Of a stretch of 64,000 bases of DNA, positions 10,839 to 20,716 are shown one piece after another. The position numbers were made by a program, and so were the translations under genes. This DNA comes from Candidatus Marinacidobacterales bacterium. Lineage in GTDB: Bacteria > Acidobacteriota > Vicinamibacteria > Marinacidobacterales > DATDRI01. How positions within the stretch are numbered: the first letter of the stretch is position 1; every line of letters begins with the position of its first letter. The notes under the pieces are model-generated. The model did not search any database. It worked only from the letters and a program-made list of their open reading frames with translations, and was not told where the DNA came from. The stretch lies in the NCBI GenBank assembly GCA_965219415.1, contig CBDCNP010000002.1, positions 2,688,001-2,752,000 of the forward strand. Direction: 5' to 3'.

Positions 10839-11882
10839 TCACTGTGGAGCTTGGACCGGCTCGGGCTGCGCGTAGCGGGCGAAAGCCATATCCACGATGT
10901 ACTGAATGAGCTGCGGGTACGTGCGTCCGGTGCCTCGCCAGGCCATTGAGAACTCGGTGAAAGAAGCGAGCCATGGGTTGGGGTTCACTTCGAGGACGTG
11001 CACCGTGCCGTCCGTGGCCAATCGAATATCGACCCGACCGTAGTCGCGGCACTTCAACGCCTGGTACGCCGCTACCGCGGTTTCCTTTAGAAGCTTCTCG
11101 GTCTCCACCGGAAGATCGTCCGGTATGAAAGCCTCGGTGACTTTATAGAGCTTGGTCTCCTTCAACCACTTGACTTCGGTACCCGCGATCTTCGGCACAT
11201 CGCCGGGAACCCGAGAAAGATCCAACTCCACCAGCGGCAGTGCCTCTGGCCTTTCGTTCCCCACTACGCCCACGTAAATCTCGCGACCATCGATGTACTC
11301 TTCGATCAAAGCGGGGCTGTCGAAGCGGGTGTGAATGTAGTCGATGCGATGCATCAACTCCTTGACACTCGAGACAACCGATCCGGTGTCGATACCGATG
11401 GACCCATCCTCGGCCTGGGGCTTCACGATCAAAGGAAAGGAAATATCATCCGCCCAACCGGTCTTACCTCGATAGGAAACGGCGAAATAAGGAGTCCGGA
11501 TGCCGTGAAACGAAAGGAGCTTTTTCGCTAGTGTCTTGTCCTGGGCCAAATGCAAGGCGTGAGGACCGGCCCCGGTGTATTTCTTCCCCATGAGGTCCAA
11601 GTAGGCGGCGATGTGCATGTCCTTGGTGTCGTCACCGGCGTAGGACTCCGAGAGATTGAAAATGAGCGTCGCCTCGCATGAGGCCAACTTGCCGAGCGAC
11701 TTGGGTTCACCGTCCAGGACACAATAAAAAGGTTGGTAGCCTAGCTTCTTGAGAGTGGCGTAGACCTCTTCGTGAACTTCCTTCTCACGTTTGCGAGGCT
11801 TGCTTCCGCGCGGTTTCTCTGGCGGCGCATCGTCATCATCCCACCAGATATCGTAGAGAACCGCGACTCGCTGTTTGGGCAT
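10839..11882 (-). CDS. D-alanine--D-alanine ligase-like ATP-grasp protein
   Basis: YTGAG, DKTLAK, LIVKP..EDGSIGI, EEYIDGRE, DYGRVDIR, LEVNPNP. Confidence 0.85.
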   Translation of the reverse strand: MPKQRVAVLYDIWWDDDDAPPEKPRGSKPRKREKEVHEEVYATLKKLGYQPFYCVLDGEPKSLGKLASCEATLIFNLSESYAGDDTKDMHIAAYLDLMGKKYTGAGPHALHLAQDKTLAKKLLSFHGIRTPYFAVSYRGKTGWADDISFPLIVKPQAEDGSIGIDTGSVVSSVKELMHRIDYIHTRFDSPALIEEYIDGREIYVGVVGNERPEALPLVELDLSRVPGDVPKIAGTEVKWLKETKLYKVTEAFIPDDLPVETEKLLKETAVAAYQALKCRDYGRVDIRLATDGTVHVLEVNPNPWLASFTEFSMAWRGTGRTYPQLIQYIVDMAFARYAQPEPVQAPQ

Positions 11883-11930
11883 GACCTTCCGGGATGAGTC
11901 GAATTGTACACTACTTCTGCCTACTTCTGC

Positions 11931-12983
11931 CTACTTCTGAAAGACCTCGGTCCCTCGATGAAACGAAGCCCAGGCGAACCACATGGGACTGAACGTGGCG
12001 ATGGGCTGGAGCCGGGAGCCCGCGAGGGGACCTTCGACAGCGAGTCCCGAGAGATTCCAAAGCGTTCCGGTCCCCACATCCCGGAGCTCGAACGGGAATC
12101 CGTTTGCCGGAGAGACCTCGAAACGGAGGACCTCGCCATCCACGGTACGGCCGAAGGGAAGCGCCATCTGGGAGTCCTTGTCGAAAACCACCAGCACTGG
12201 CTCTCCATTCACCTCGTCGTTGACCGCGGCGCGCTGTCCCAAACCCTCATAGGGGTAGGCGCGTGCGACACCTCCTTTTACGATGCCCAGTACGAGCTCC
12301 TTCATGCGCAGTCGGGGATCTATGAAGGTGTGGGGGAAGAGCAACTCGGTGTCGTCGAGCTGGTCGTAGTTCCCGTAGGGATAGCGGTTGTAGTTTCGAT
12401 CGAATCCGGTGTTGAAACTCACCACCGTCGTTTCTGGCTGCAATTCCTTCCACGCCTTCCAAGTGGACTGGACGACGGGGAGCAGCTTGGGCCTCGTCTC
12501 GGCGAAATCACCGCAGATCGAGCTCACCCGCATTTGCGACCAAAGGCTGTCGGTGGCGCGGTCGAACATGATGAGATTGTTGTCGAAGAGAAGGCCACTC
12601 ACCCCGAAATTCTGGGACGAGCCGCCGATCACCGGATCATGCACCATCGCGCTGCCGGTCAGTGGGCAGAAGCTCACGACAATGGCCTTTCCCCCGAGGA
12701 TGTCATTCACGACCTCATGCCACCAAAAGACGTTGTGGGGATAGGCGCGGGCCTCGCCGTTGATTGCGACACCGACCACGAGGTCGCTCCCGGTGAGGAA
12801 ACTATCTCCGTCGAACGCTGTTACCGCGTCGGGCGTAGTCGGGGCGGGAATACCGTCTTTTCCGGGACCCCCGTTTATGATCTGCTCGGCGGGGATCGTG
12901 CAGTTTTGTGCTCGAACCGGCCCCATCAAGGGAGCCGCGCCAGACAGAGTTGCGATGAGGATCGCTGCAAGTCGTGGTGTCAT
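11931..12983 (-). CDS. DUF3179 family exported protein
   Basis: Signal peptide; GGPGKDGIPA, ARAYP, HEVVND, SFCPLTGS, FGVSGLL, DRATDSLWSQ, WFAWASFH. Confidence 0.85.
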   Translation of the reverse strand: MTPRLAAILIATLSGAAPLMGPVRAQNCTIPAEQIINGGPGKDGIPAPTTPDAVTAFDGDSFLTGSDLVVGVAINGEARAYPHNVFWWHEVVNDILGGKAIVVSFCPLTGSAMVHDPVIGGSSQNFGVSGLLFDNNLIMFDRATDSLWSQMRVSSICGDFAETRPKLLPVVQSTWKAWKELQPETTVVSFNTGFDRNYNRYPYGNYDQLDDTELLFPHTFIDPRLRMKELVLGIVKGGVARAYPYEGLGQRAAVNDEVNGEPVLVVFDKDSQMALPFGRTVDGEVLRFEVSPANGFPFELRDVGTGTLWNLSGLAVEGPLAGSRLQPIATFSPMWFAWASFHRGTEVFQK

Positions 12984-13115
12984 GGATGTCTTCCTCCTAC
13001 ACTCTAAAGATGCCGCAATTGGGCTCACCGGGCTGTTAGGTTTCCGACACTTTTTTCGGGGCTTTCGAGGTAGTTCTTAATTAATGATAGTAGGCAGGTA
13101 TCGGAGTATCACGAA

Positions 13116-13959
13116 ATGAAGTCTCGTCTCCTGCCGGCGATGGTTCTGAGTGCGGCAGCACTCATTGCATCAGCGCAACCGGCTCTCGCGGGCGCATGGA
13201 TCTATCCCAAGGGCGTGAACTGGTTCCGTATCGGCTTCGCCTATCAGAACACCGACGAACGCTACTTCCTGGACGGCGAGAGAATCCCCTATTTCTTCGA
13301 CGGAGAGAGCGAAGTCTCCGCCGCATTCTTCGAGTACCGACTCGGACTCGGCGCCGGCTTCGAGGCCCTATTCCAATTGCCTGTCTACGACATCCGATTC
13401 GACGATTTCGCAGACAACCGAAGCTCCACTGGAATCGGAGATGTCAGAGCAGGCGCGCGTTGGAACTTCGTTCAAGACGCGCTCGTCGCCACGGTTGGAG
13501 CGGGCGTCAAGTTTTCCACCGGCGAGTTCGTCAACGATGCCGAGATCGTGCCGGTGGGCGAAGGTCAATACGACTTCGAAGTCGATGTAGAGGTGGGTCG
13601 CTCCCTGTGGCCGCGGCCAGGCTACGTCAACGGCAAGTTGGGTTACCGTTTCCCGAACCGAGAACAAGGAAAACGGCATCGATCCGGGGGACGAGATCTT
13701 TTGGAGCTTGGAGGGCGGCTACCGATGGATCCCCAACGTCATGTTCAAGGGTCTCGTTCGTGGGGTCTACGGCTTCGACGCCCGGAGCTTCGGGCTCCCC
13801 ATTGCGACGCTGCGGCGGGAAGTGATTTACCTAGAACCAGGAGTCATCTTCGCGATCTCGCCCACTCAGAGTATCGAGTTCACGGTGCCGGTCAGTGTCC
13901 GCGGACGAAACTGGCCGGCGGGTCCGATTCTGAACGTCGGCTACTACCAGACGTTTTAA
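13116..13959 (+). CDS. Outer-membrane beta-barrel/transporter-like protein (frameshift near 13652)
   Basis: Signal peptide, GIGDV, amphipathic strands, C-terminal YQTF; two ORFs joined by a +1 C. Confidence 0.6.
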
Positions 13960-13964
13960 GCAGG

Positions 13965-16238
13965 CTAGAAACGGAAGAGTCGTGTGAACTTGATGATCAA
14001 GGATTGTGTTTCTAGCCGCGGGATTCCACGTGGGTCGAGCCGGAGCGTGTCTCGGCCGTCGCTATACACGATGAAGAAGTCGCTACCCGGCTGATACTCC
14101 CACCGAAACCGGATGTTGGTCGCCGCCAATTCATCGGAAGAGTTGTATTGGATCAGGGCTCCCAAGAAGATGCGCGGCGAGATCATATAGTTGACCCGCA
14201 ACCGCGCCACATCGGCGGTAAAGCTGCCTTCGGGCAGATCGACCCAATTGAAGGAAAGCCTGGGCTCGAGGGACAGCTGTTTGGTCAGCTCCCACCGGCC
14301 GAAGTAGAACAACTCGGTCTGATCGCCACTATAAAAGCTCCCCCGCGCTAGGCCGATCCAGCCAGACACCCTCCGTTGTGGGCCGAATCGGAACCCAGCC
14401 TCGTAGCGGTTGAATCGGTACTCGCCGATGGGAATGATCACATCATCGGTGATGTCGAACTCCTCATCCAAGAACTCGAAGTTCTGGGTATACGAACTGA
14501 AGAAGCGATCACCACTCTCGAAATCAATACCGAACGAGAATTGAGCTTGTTGCGACTCGAGCTGCCTGTTTCCATTATTGATGGTGTAGTCGAAATACCC
14601 TTCGATCGTGAACTTCCGTATCGCGTCACTCCACTGTGGGCGGGGATTGAATCGCAGTTCTGCGAAACTCTGCTGAATGTCATCCCGGCGCAAGAAACCG
14701 ATCTCGGGGTTGAAATTCTCCTCCACCACCAAGTGCTCGGCCTCAAAACCCCATGAATCGCCGCCGTACTGGAAGCGGCCGCGATAGCTGGCGTTGTCCC
14801 CACTCAGGCCGGTCGTCTCGCTTCGCGCGTAATAGGCATTGATATTCACGTTCTGGTAAAAGGTGAAGTTCCCGTCGACACCCAACAATTGGTTCGAATC
14901 GTTGGTGTCGTTGGCTTCGAAGACAGGCGACCGGTACGTGCCGATGATTCCAATGTTGCTGCGGCGGAGGACGTCTCGTTTGACCCGTACCACACCGAAA
15001 TCAGTGGTGGGGATCGCCAGCTGCGGGAGCTCATCGGTCTGAATCGCCAGGAGCCCCAAGGTGTAGGCTCCGGCGCGGCCGGTGAGCCGCGCGCCGGCGT
15101 TGATGGGTACTACCTCTTCATCGTAGAGCCCGATCTGTCGACTGAAAAACATAATCGGGGTGTTGTCGGCACGCTCGAAGCTTTGCCTGGTGCCGACTCC
15201 ACCGAAAGCGAAGATATCCTTGCCCTCCAGGAAGAAATCACGTTTCTCTGGAAAGAAGAGACCGAACCGCGTCAAGTTAACCTGCTGCTCGTCGGCTTCC
15301 ACTTGGGCGAAGTCGGTGTTCAATGTGAAGTCGAAAGTCAACCCACGAGTGACTCCATACTTGAGATCGAAACCGACGTTGCCGTCGAGCTCGTTCTCGA
15401 ACAGGGGGTCGGCCTCGAAATCGGTGTCCGCCGCGGCGGTGGCGTAAGGCTTGAGCTCGAGGTTGATGGCCCTAGAGGGTGTTTCGAGACCGACCATGGT
15501 CGCGGCCTGAGAAAGTTTGGCGATACCACCTTGGCGGAACGCGGCGGCAACCGGCGTCAGGTAGCTCGTTTCGTTTTTCCACCTGACGATGCGTCTAAAA
15601 TTGATTCCCCAAATCTCCGAATCGGCCCCTCGGTAGCGAAGCGATCGAAACGGGATCTTTATCTCCACCAACCAGCCCCGCTCCCAGCGACCAGTCTTGA
15701 CGTCCCACACCGTGTTCCAGTCCGAATTGAGATTCCTCTCGTCGGTGACTTGGGCGTCGAAGATCGCGCCCAACGGATTGGTGTAGAAGAGGAACCCGTT
15801 CCGCCGGTCGTAGAAAGTATCGAAGATTACCGCAAAATTCGCGTTATTAAAGATGTTCCGGTTGTCTCGCCGCATCTCGTTGGCCACGATTTTTTCTGGC
15901 TGGCTGTCCCAACAGCGGGCGGAAACATAAACGTTGTCGTCGTCGAAGAAGACCCAGACCTCGGTCTGTTCGGTCGCCAGCTCGCCCTCGAGAGGTTCCT
16001 GCTGAATGAACTCCGTCATCGACGGAACCTGTCTGTAGATGAGCTCCGCGAGGCGACCGTCGACAACGATAGGCTCGGCCAAACGGGTGGCCCTCACCGT
16101 GACCCGGCCTTGGGTGTCGCGGCTCAACACCGCGGGGGGTATCGGTGCCTCGGGGCCATCGATGGCAGTGTCCTTTGCCCAAACGGAGGGGCTAAGGGCC
16201 GTCAGCGCCAGGAAGACACAGACAGCCCCTTGCGCCAT
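13965..16238 (-). CDS. CBM9-like / DUF5916 outer-membrane protein
   Basis: IVVDGRL, FDTFYDRRNG, NTDFAQVEAD, FFPEKRDFFLEG, FFSRQIGL; C-terminal Phe. Confidence 0.85.
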   Translation of the reverse strand: MAQGAVCVFLALTALSPSVWAKDTAIDGPEAPIPPAVLSRDTQGRVTVRATRLAEPIVVDGRLAELIYRQVPSMTEFIQQEPLEGELATEQTEVWVFFDDDNVYVSARCWDSQPEKIVANEMRRDNRNIFNNANFAVIFDTFYDRRNGFLFYTNPLGAIFDAQVTDERNLNSDWNTVWDVKTGRWERGWLVEIKIPFRSLRYRGADSEIWGINFRRIVRWKNETSYLTPVAAAFRQGGIAKLSQAATMVGLETPSRAINLELKPYATAAADTDFEADPLFENELDGNVGFDLKYGVTRGLTFDFTLNTDFAQVEADEQQVNLTRFGLFFPEKRDFFLEGKDIFAFGGVGTRQSFERADNTPIMFFSRQIGLYDEEVVPINAGARLTGRAGAYTLGLLAIQTDELPQLAIPTTDFGVVRVKRDVLRRSNIGIIGTYRSPVFEANDTNDSNQLLGVDGNFTFYQNVNINAYYARSETTGLSGDNASYRGRFQYGGDSWGFEAEHLVVEENFNPEIGFLRRDDIQQSFAELRFNPRPQWSDAIRKFTIEGYFDYTINNGNRQLESQQAQFSFGIDFESGDRFFSSYTQNFEFLDEEFDITDDVIIPIGEYRFNRYEAGFRFGPQRRVSGWIGLARGSFYSGDQTELFYFGRWELTKQLSLEPRLSFNWVDLPEGSFTADVARLRVNYMISPRIFLGALIQYNSSDELAATNIRFRWEYQPGSDFFIVYSDGRDTLRLDPRGIPRLETQSLIIKFTRLFRF

Positions 16239-16357
16239 GGCGCGCCGAATTGAAATAGATTTTCCGATTGTCGAGATCCGATAGTAAGTTGCTGGCTCCA
16301 AGCTCCCTAGCGGAGGCAGAGTATAGCAGCGGGACCCGGCCGATATCCATACCCGTC

Positions 16358-16432
16358 TGGTGGGCGGTACAGGATTTGAACCTGTGACATCTTGCTTGTA
16401 AGGCAAGCGCTCTCCCACTGAGCTAACCGCCC
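16358..16432 (-). tRNA. tRNA-Val(TAC)
   Basis: GGGCGGT/ACCGCCC acceptor stem, anticodon arm CTTGC-CTTACAA-GCAAG, GGTTCAAATCC T-arm, encoded CCA. Confidence 0.97.
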
Positions 16433-16585
16433 CGAAGTCCAACTGCCCTCCTAATATTAGCCCATGGAGCAAGTGCCACGCTTCAATTTGACAACCTCCG
16501 ATGTTTGACGAAACGCCAAACGCATGTCATCATGGGGTTTCCACGGTGTGCATCCCCCAACCCACCGGAAGAAGGAGCATCACGC

Positions 16586-17312
16586 TTGCGCTTAAAAGCC
16601 GATCTTCATTTGCACACGGGTGACGACCCACTCGACTACGTGGCACATTCCAGCGAAGAGATGATTGACCATGCGGCCCAATTAGGGTTCGACGTGATGG
16701 CAATCACCAACCACGACTTCATGAGCCACTCCGAGGAGCTCGCCGACTACGCGTCCTCTCGAGGCATCGTGCTGGTGCCCGGTGTCGAGGCGACCATCGA
16801 GAATCGCCATGTGCTTCTCTACAATTTCAACTACTGGGACGCCCCGCCCAGCACCTTCGAGGAGCTATATCGGCTACGCCAAGACAATCCCCAGATGTTG
16901 GCAATTGCTCCGCACCCGTTCTTCCCCTCGCAGTTTTGTCTGCAGGGCAAAGCTGCTCGAGCACCTGGAGCTTTTCGACGGCATCGATTACAGCCACTTC
17001 TACACGAAGAACATGAACTTCAACAAAAAGGCGGTAGATCTGGCGCGGCGGGCGGGTCGACCGCTGGTCGGGACGTCGGATTCGCACTTTCTTTGGCAGA
17101 TGGGTGCTACGCTCTCATTCATCGAGACCAAAGAGAAATCCCTGCCCGCCATCCTGGATGCGCTCCGGCAAGGCCAGGTCGAGGTTCATACCGACCCGCT
17201 ACCGGTGGCCGATGTGCTTCTTAGGCTGCGAAAGTATCCTTCGCTGAAGGTAAGGAGACTCGCGCGCCGCAACGGATACCGTTCCGGGGGCGAGATACTC
17301 GCGCTGCGTTAG
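16586..17312 (+). CDS. PHP-domain phosphoesterase (frameshift near 16950)
   Basis: DLHLHT, ITNHD, GVEA, APHPF, GTSDSH across two frames. Confidence 0.85.
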
Positions 17313-17410
17313 TTCCGACACCCCCACCAGCTCAAAAACTTCGCGGTCTCTTCAGCCGACCCTTCGTTCCGCCTCGCCTTTTTAACGGACACCCTCACTG
17401 TTGATATAGT

Positions 17411-18322
17411 GTGGGTGTGATGAGATCGGCTTTTGCGGTACTAGCGGTTGCCCTATTGACCTTAGCGGTCACCCCCTCCTGGGCAGAGGAGGCGATCGAC
17501 TGCGCCGCCGCTTTAGAGTTGAGGTTGAGCACGGTAGAACCGCCTCAGGGCGCCATTATCCTCCTCGAAGTCAGTAGTGAATTCCCCGCGCAGGTCAAGG
17601 CTACCTGGGCCGACCAGTCGCTATACTTCTGGCGAGAAGGCGACTCTCACCTCGCCCTGTTGGGTGTGGATCTCCGCCGTAAAGCCTCTCAAATTCCACT
17701 TACTGTGGAAACGAAACAGGGCAACGGTGAAAGGATAGGCTGTAGCACTCCGGTCACCATTCGGGACGGAAACTTCGTGGTCCAGAAAATCACGGTGCAA
17801 AAGAAGTTCGTCGATTTGAGCGCCGAAGACCTCGAAAGGTCGCGAAGAGAAACGAATCAACTCCTAAGGATCTTTCGGGCTGCGACGGCCGCGCGACTCT
17901 GGGATGGAAGCTTCCAGCTCCCGGTGAAGGGCGTCCAAGGGTCGGGCAGCTTCGGTAAGAGGCGGGTCCTCAACGACCAACCACGCTCGCCGCACAGTGG
18001 TGAAGACTTCCCTGCCCCTTCGGGAACACCGGTGCGGGCTCCGCAGCGTGGTCGCATCGTCCTGGCGAGCGACCTTTTCTTTTCCGGGAAAACCATCGTC
18101 CTCGACCATGGCTTGGGACTCTACACGTTCTACGGCCACCTGGAATCGATGAGCGTCGACAACGGGCAGGTTGTGAAAACCGGCGAGGTCATCGGCCGAG
18201 TCGGGGCGACGGGTCGCGTCACCGGCCCTCACCTTCATTGGGCCGCCCGGCTCAACAAGGCTCGCGTCAATCCGCTGGATCTCTTGACCATCGTTCCCAC
18301 CGCCAAGCCTCCTACCGAATAG
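17411..18322 (+). CDS. M23 family metallopeptidase
   Basis: HSGEDF (HxxxD), YGHL, GRVTGPHLHW; signal peptide. Confidence 0.92.
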   Translation: MGVMRSAFAVLAVALLTLAVTPSWAEEAIDCAAALELRLSTVEPPQGAIILLEVSSEFPAQVKATWADQSLYFWREGDSHLALLGVDLRRKASQIPLTVETKQGNGERIGCSTPVTIRDGNFVVQKITVQKKFVDLSAEDLERSRRETNQLLRIFRAATAARLWDGSFQLPVKGVQGSGSFGKRRVLNDQPRSPHSGEDFPAPSGTPVRAPQRGRIVLASDLFFSGKTIVLDHGLGLYTFYGHLESMSVDNGQVVKTGEVIGRVGATGRVTGPHLHWAARLNKARVNPLDLLTIVPTAKPPTE

Positions 18323-18427
18323 CGGTAACGAATCCAACAAAGTAGACACGTTGTCGCCGCTAAGGGACAGCACTTCCTGAAAGCCACGTCCAAACCCTCA
18401 ATTCGTAAGTAAACGATGGCGCGGCCG

Positions 18428-18444
18428 GTGGCATAGATAGTGCT
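18428..18444 (+). promoter_or_regulatory. Possible sigma-54 promoter
   Basis: TGGCATAGATAGTGCT has GG-N10-GC spacing, about 75 nt upstream of ATG 18518. Confidence 0.4.
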
Positions 18445-18517
18445 GTATCGGTCGGCGGATGTTGGGACACTATTTTTCTTGCAACTTCGAATCACAACAC
18501 AGAAAGTCGAGGTACAG

Positions 18518-19062
18518 ATGTTCAGAAAGCCTATCTTCGCAGCCCTGGGATTCGCGCTCTTGCTAACCAGCCCGGTCTTGGGCCAAACGACACAGACACT
18601 GACTCAGGGCGGTATCGAGAGCAATTTTCTAATCGCTCCGGACTACAAGTTCACCGAGGTGGACGGAGAGTTCGCCGGCTTGGCGGGTTTCTACGGAGGA
18701 TGGCTGATCAATCAGAAATTCTTGGTTGGCGGCGCCGCCTATTTTCAGACCAACGGAGGCAACGAGTCCGATATGAAGTACGGGGGCGCGGTCCTCAAGT
18801 ACTTCTTCAATCCGACCCGCGTCGCCAACATTTCCGTAAGGGGTTTGGTCGGCGCCGGTAGAGCGAACCTGAGTCAACTTCGACGGGCTCCCTCTTCGCG
18901 GTCGTTTTCCCGGTCGCGGCAACTTCGGCTTGGGAAATCTCGATTTGGGGAACCTCGACAGCCTGATCGGGCGGTTCGGTGGACGTTTCGACGACGTCGA
19001 CCTCAGCAGAATCCTCAACGTGGAAGAGACGTTTTTAGTCATGGAGCCAGAGGTCAACGTTC
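18518..19062 (+). pseudogene. Small outer-membrane beta-barrel-like protein, frameshifted and 3'-truncated
   Basis: Signal peptide, YGGWLIN..FLVGG, YGG, FLVMEPEVNV; ends at a junction. Confidence 0.55.
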
Positions 19063-19203
19063 ATTTGGAACTGCGCCCGCAAACCGCGCCGGGAAGTTCT
19101 CTTGACGGGAGCCGGCAAGTTCATCATCGCCTTGAATCGCTTCTTCCCCGGGGCGGCGGACTGGGTTCTCTCGCGTTACATGAAGCTACCGGTGCGTAGT
19201 TGA
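19063..19203 (+). pseudogene. Displaced C-terminal part of an SDR oxidoreductase
   Basis: IWNCARKPRREVLLTGAGKFIIALNRFFPGAADWVLSRYMK* is a typical SDR tail and fits after ...ADEVAEV of 19908..20580. Confidence 0.65.
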
Positions 19204-19229
19204 CCGGGCCGAGCCGGAGCTTGAGGCCG

Positions 19230-19336
19230 TTACTTCGGAGGGTTCATCGCCCGCTCGTCGTAGGCCAGTCGTATCTTGGCCTCGACCTCGGGGTGTTTCG
19301 AGAAAATCCCGTGGAGGTTGTCGCGGCTGAGGGGTC
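19230..19336 (-). pseudogene. 3' fragment of a gene, probably a cNMP-binding domain protein
   Basis: LSRDNLHGIFSKHPEVEAKIRLAYDERA resembles the terminal helices of cNMP domains. Confidence 0.35.
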
Positions 19337-19606
19337 GATCGGGAGGCCACGGAGCGCGCTCGCGAGCACATGGTGGGAGTGGCCCCGTCCTCGCCATCGA
19401 TAGCTCTCTTCAAAGACGGCAAGCTCGTGCACATGCTAGAGCGACGCCAGATCGAGCGGATGACCGAGCAAGACGTCGCCCAGAATCTCGCCGCCGCGTT
19501 CGACGAGCACTGCTCGCGCCAGGGACCCTCCGTCGCTCCGGAGGTATACGAAAAGGCAAGAAACCGCCAGTTTCCGCTCTACGGTTCTGGTGGCGGCCAA
19601 CCCTGA
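19337..19606 (+). pseudogene. BrxA/BrxB (YphP/YqiW) bacilliredoxin-family C-terminal half
   Basis: DREATERAREHMVGVAPSSPSIALFKDGKLVHMLER; N-terminal CGC region absent. Confidence 0.75.
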
Positions 19607-19659
19607 CGCACCTGCCGCGAATCATCCTGCGACGCGTTGGAGGGGCCATCCGATGAGAT

Positions 19660-19870
19660 CGCGCGCCGCTCACCTACGAGACGTGGCGTGCCGTGCGCCT
19701 TGTCGTGGATAACCGGCACGCGTTCGGTTGAAGCCGCCAGGAGGCGATCGATTACTTCCAGACCCATGCAGCCAAGACAGAGCACTACATTGTTAGTCAG
19801 ATCGCTCGCTTCATCGTATGGCCCGGCCAAGCGCTCGCCCATAAGCTCGGGGAGCTGAACATCAAAGAAG
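19660..19870 (+). pseudogene. DUF885 family C-terminal remnant
   Basis: WRAVRLVVD..HAFG*SRQEAIDYF...RFIVWPGQALAHKLGELNIKE, with a stop at the conserved Trp. Confidence 0.7.
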
Positions 19871-19907
19871 ACATCGAGTCCTACATCGCGGCCGAGAAGC
19901 CAACCCC

Positions 19908-20582
19908 ATGACAGCGAGCGAGGCGGAGAAGCCTCGCGGACTGCGGGCCCTCGTAACCGGGGCGTCGAGCGGGATTGGGGAAGCCACCGCCTACCGTTTC
20001 GCTCGAGCGGGAGGGCGCCTCGCGCTGCTGGCCCGACGGAAAGCCCATCTCGAGCGAGTCGCATCCCGGGTGCATGAGCTCGGAGGTGAAGCGTTGGTGC
20101 TCGTGACCGACGTCGCCTCTCGAAAGGCGGTCGCGGATTCGGTGGCTCGTGCCGAGCAGGCGTTCGATGGGTTGGACGTCCTCGTGAACAACGCCGGTTT
20201 CGGAATCTACGCTTACCTGGAAAACGTCCGTGAGGAGGACCTTCGACGGGTCTTCGAGGTCAACACGTTTGGCGCGCTCTACACGATTCGGGCCGTTCTC
20301 CCGGGAATGAAAAGGCGTGGGAAGGGTGTTATCGTGAACGTCTCATCGATCGTAGGCAAGAGAGCTCTTCCGATGACGGGCGCGTACGGGGCCACGAAGT
20401 TCGCGCTGCAAGGGTTGTCCGAATCGCTTCGTTTAGAGCTCAAAGATACCGGAGTCGAAGTCTCCGTAGTATGCCCCGGCTACACCGACACGGAATTCTC
20501 TGAAGCCACAATCACCTATGGCTTTCCGAGAGGAAAGCCGCGCCGCGAAGCCATGAGCGCCGACGAAGTGGCGGAAGTTCAT
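19908..20582 (+). CDS. SDR family NAD(P)-dependent oxidoreductase (3' end displaced)
   Basis: TGASSGIG, NNAG, NVSS, YGATK, CPG motifs; homology stops at VAEV. Confidence 0.85.
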
Positions 20583-20716
20583 CGCCCTCGAAAGTCTTCG
20601 AACCTCCCTGGGAAGATTGAAACATGGTACCACATCCCTTTTCATGCCTCCTCCCCGTCGGATATACTCGACGCTCAACGACTTCGACCTCCCGGAGGAA
20701 CCATGAGGCAGACTTT

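Noticed and set aside
11911-11939. CTACTTCTGC x3 tandem repeat
   Set aside because: No spacers and only three 10-bp units at a gene end; a slippage duplication, not CRISPR or iterons.
14889-16253. Long antisense ORFs (also 11904..13007, 30023..31141, 43988..45115, 62583..63650)
   Set aside because: Shadow frames opposite well-supported genes in high-GC DNA, with no recognisable motifs.
16239-16472. N-terminal extension of the 835-aa ORF
   Set aside because: It reads through tRNA-Val; the signal peptide begins at MAQGAV (16238).
19700-19745. In-frame TGA in the DUF885 remnant as selenocysteine
   Set aside because: It replaces a conserved Trp (GWSR), not Cys, in a fragment that is otherwise decayed and has no start.
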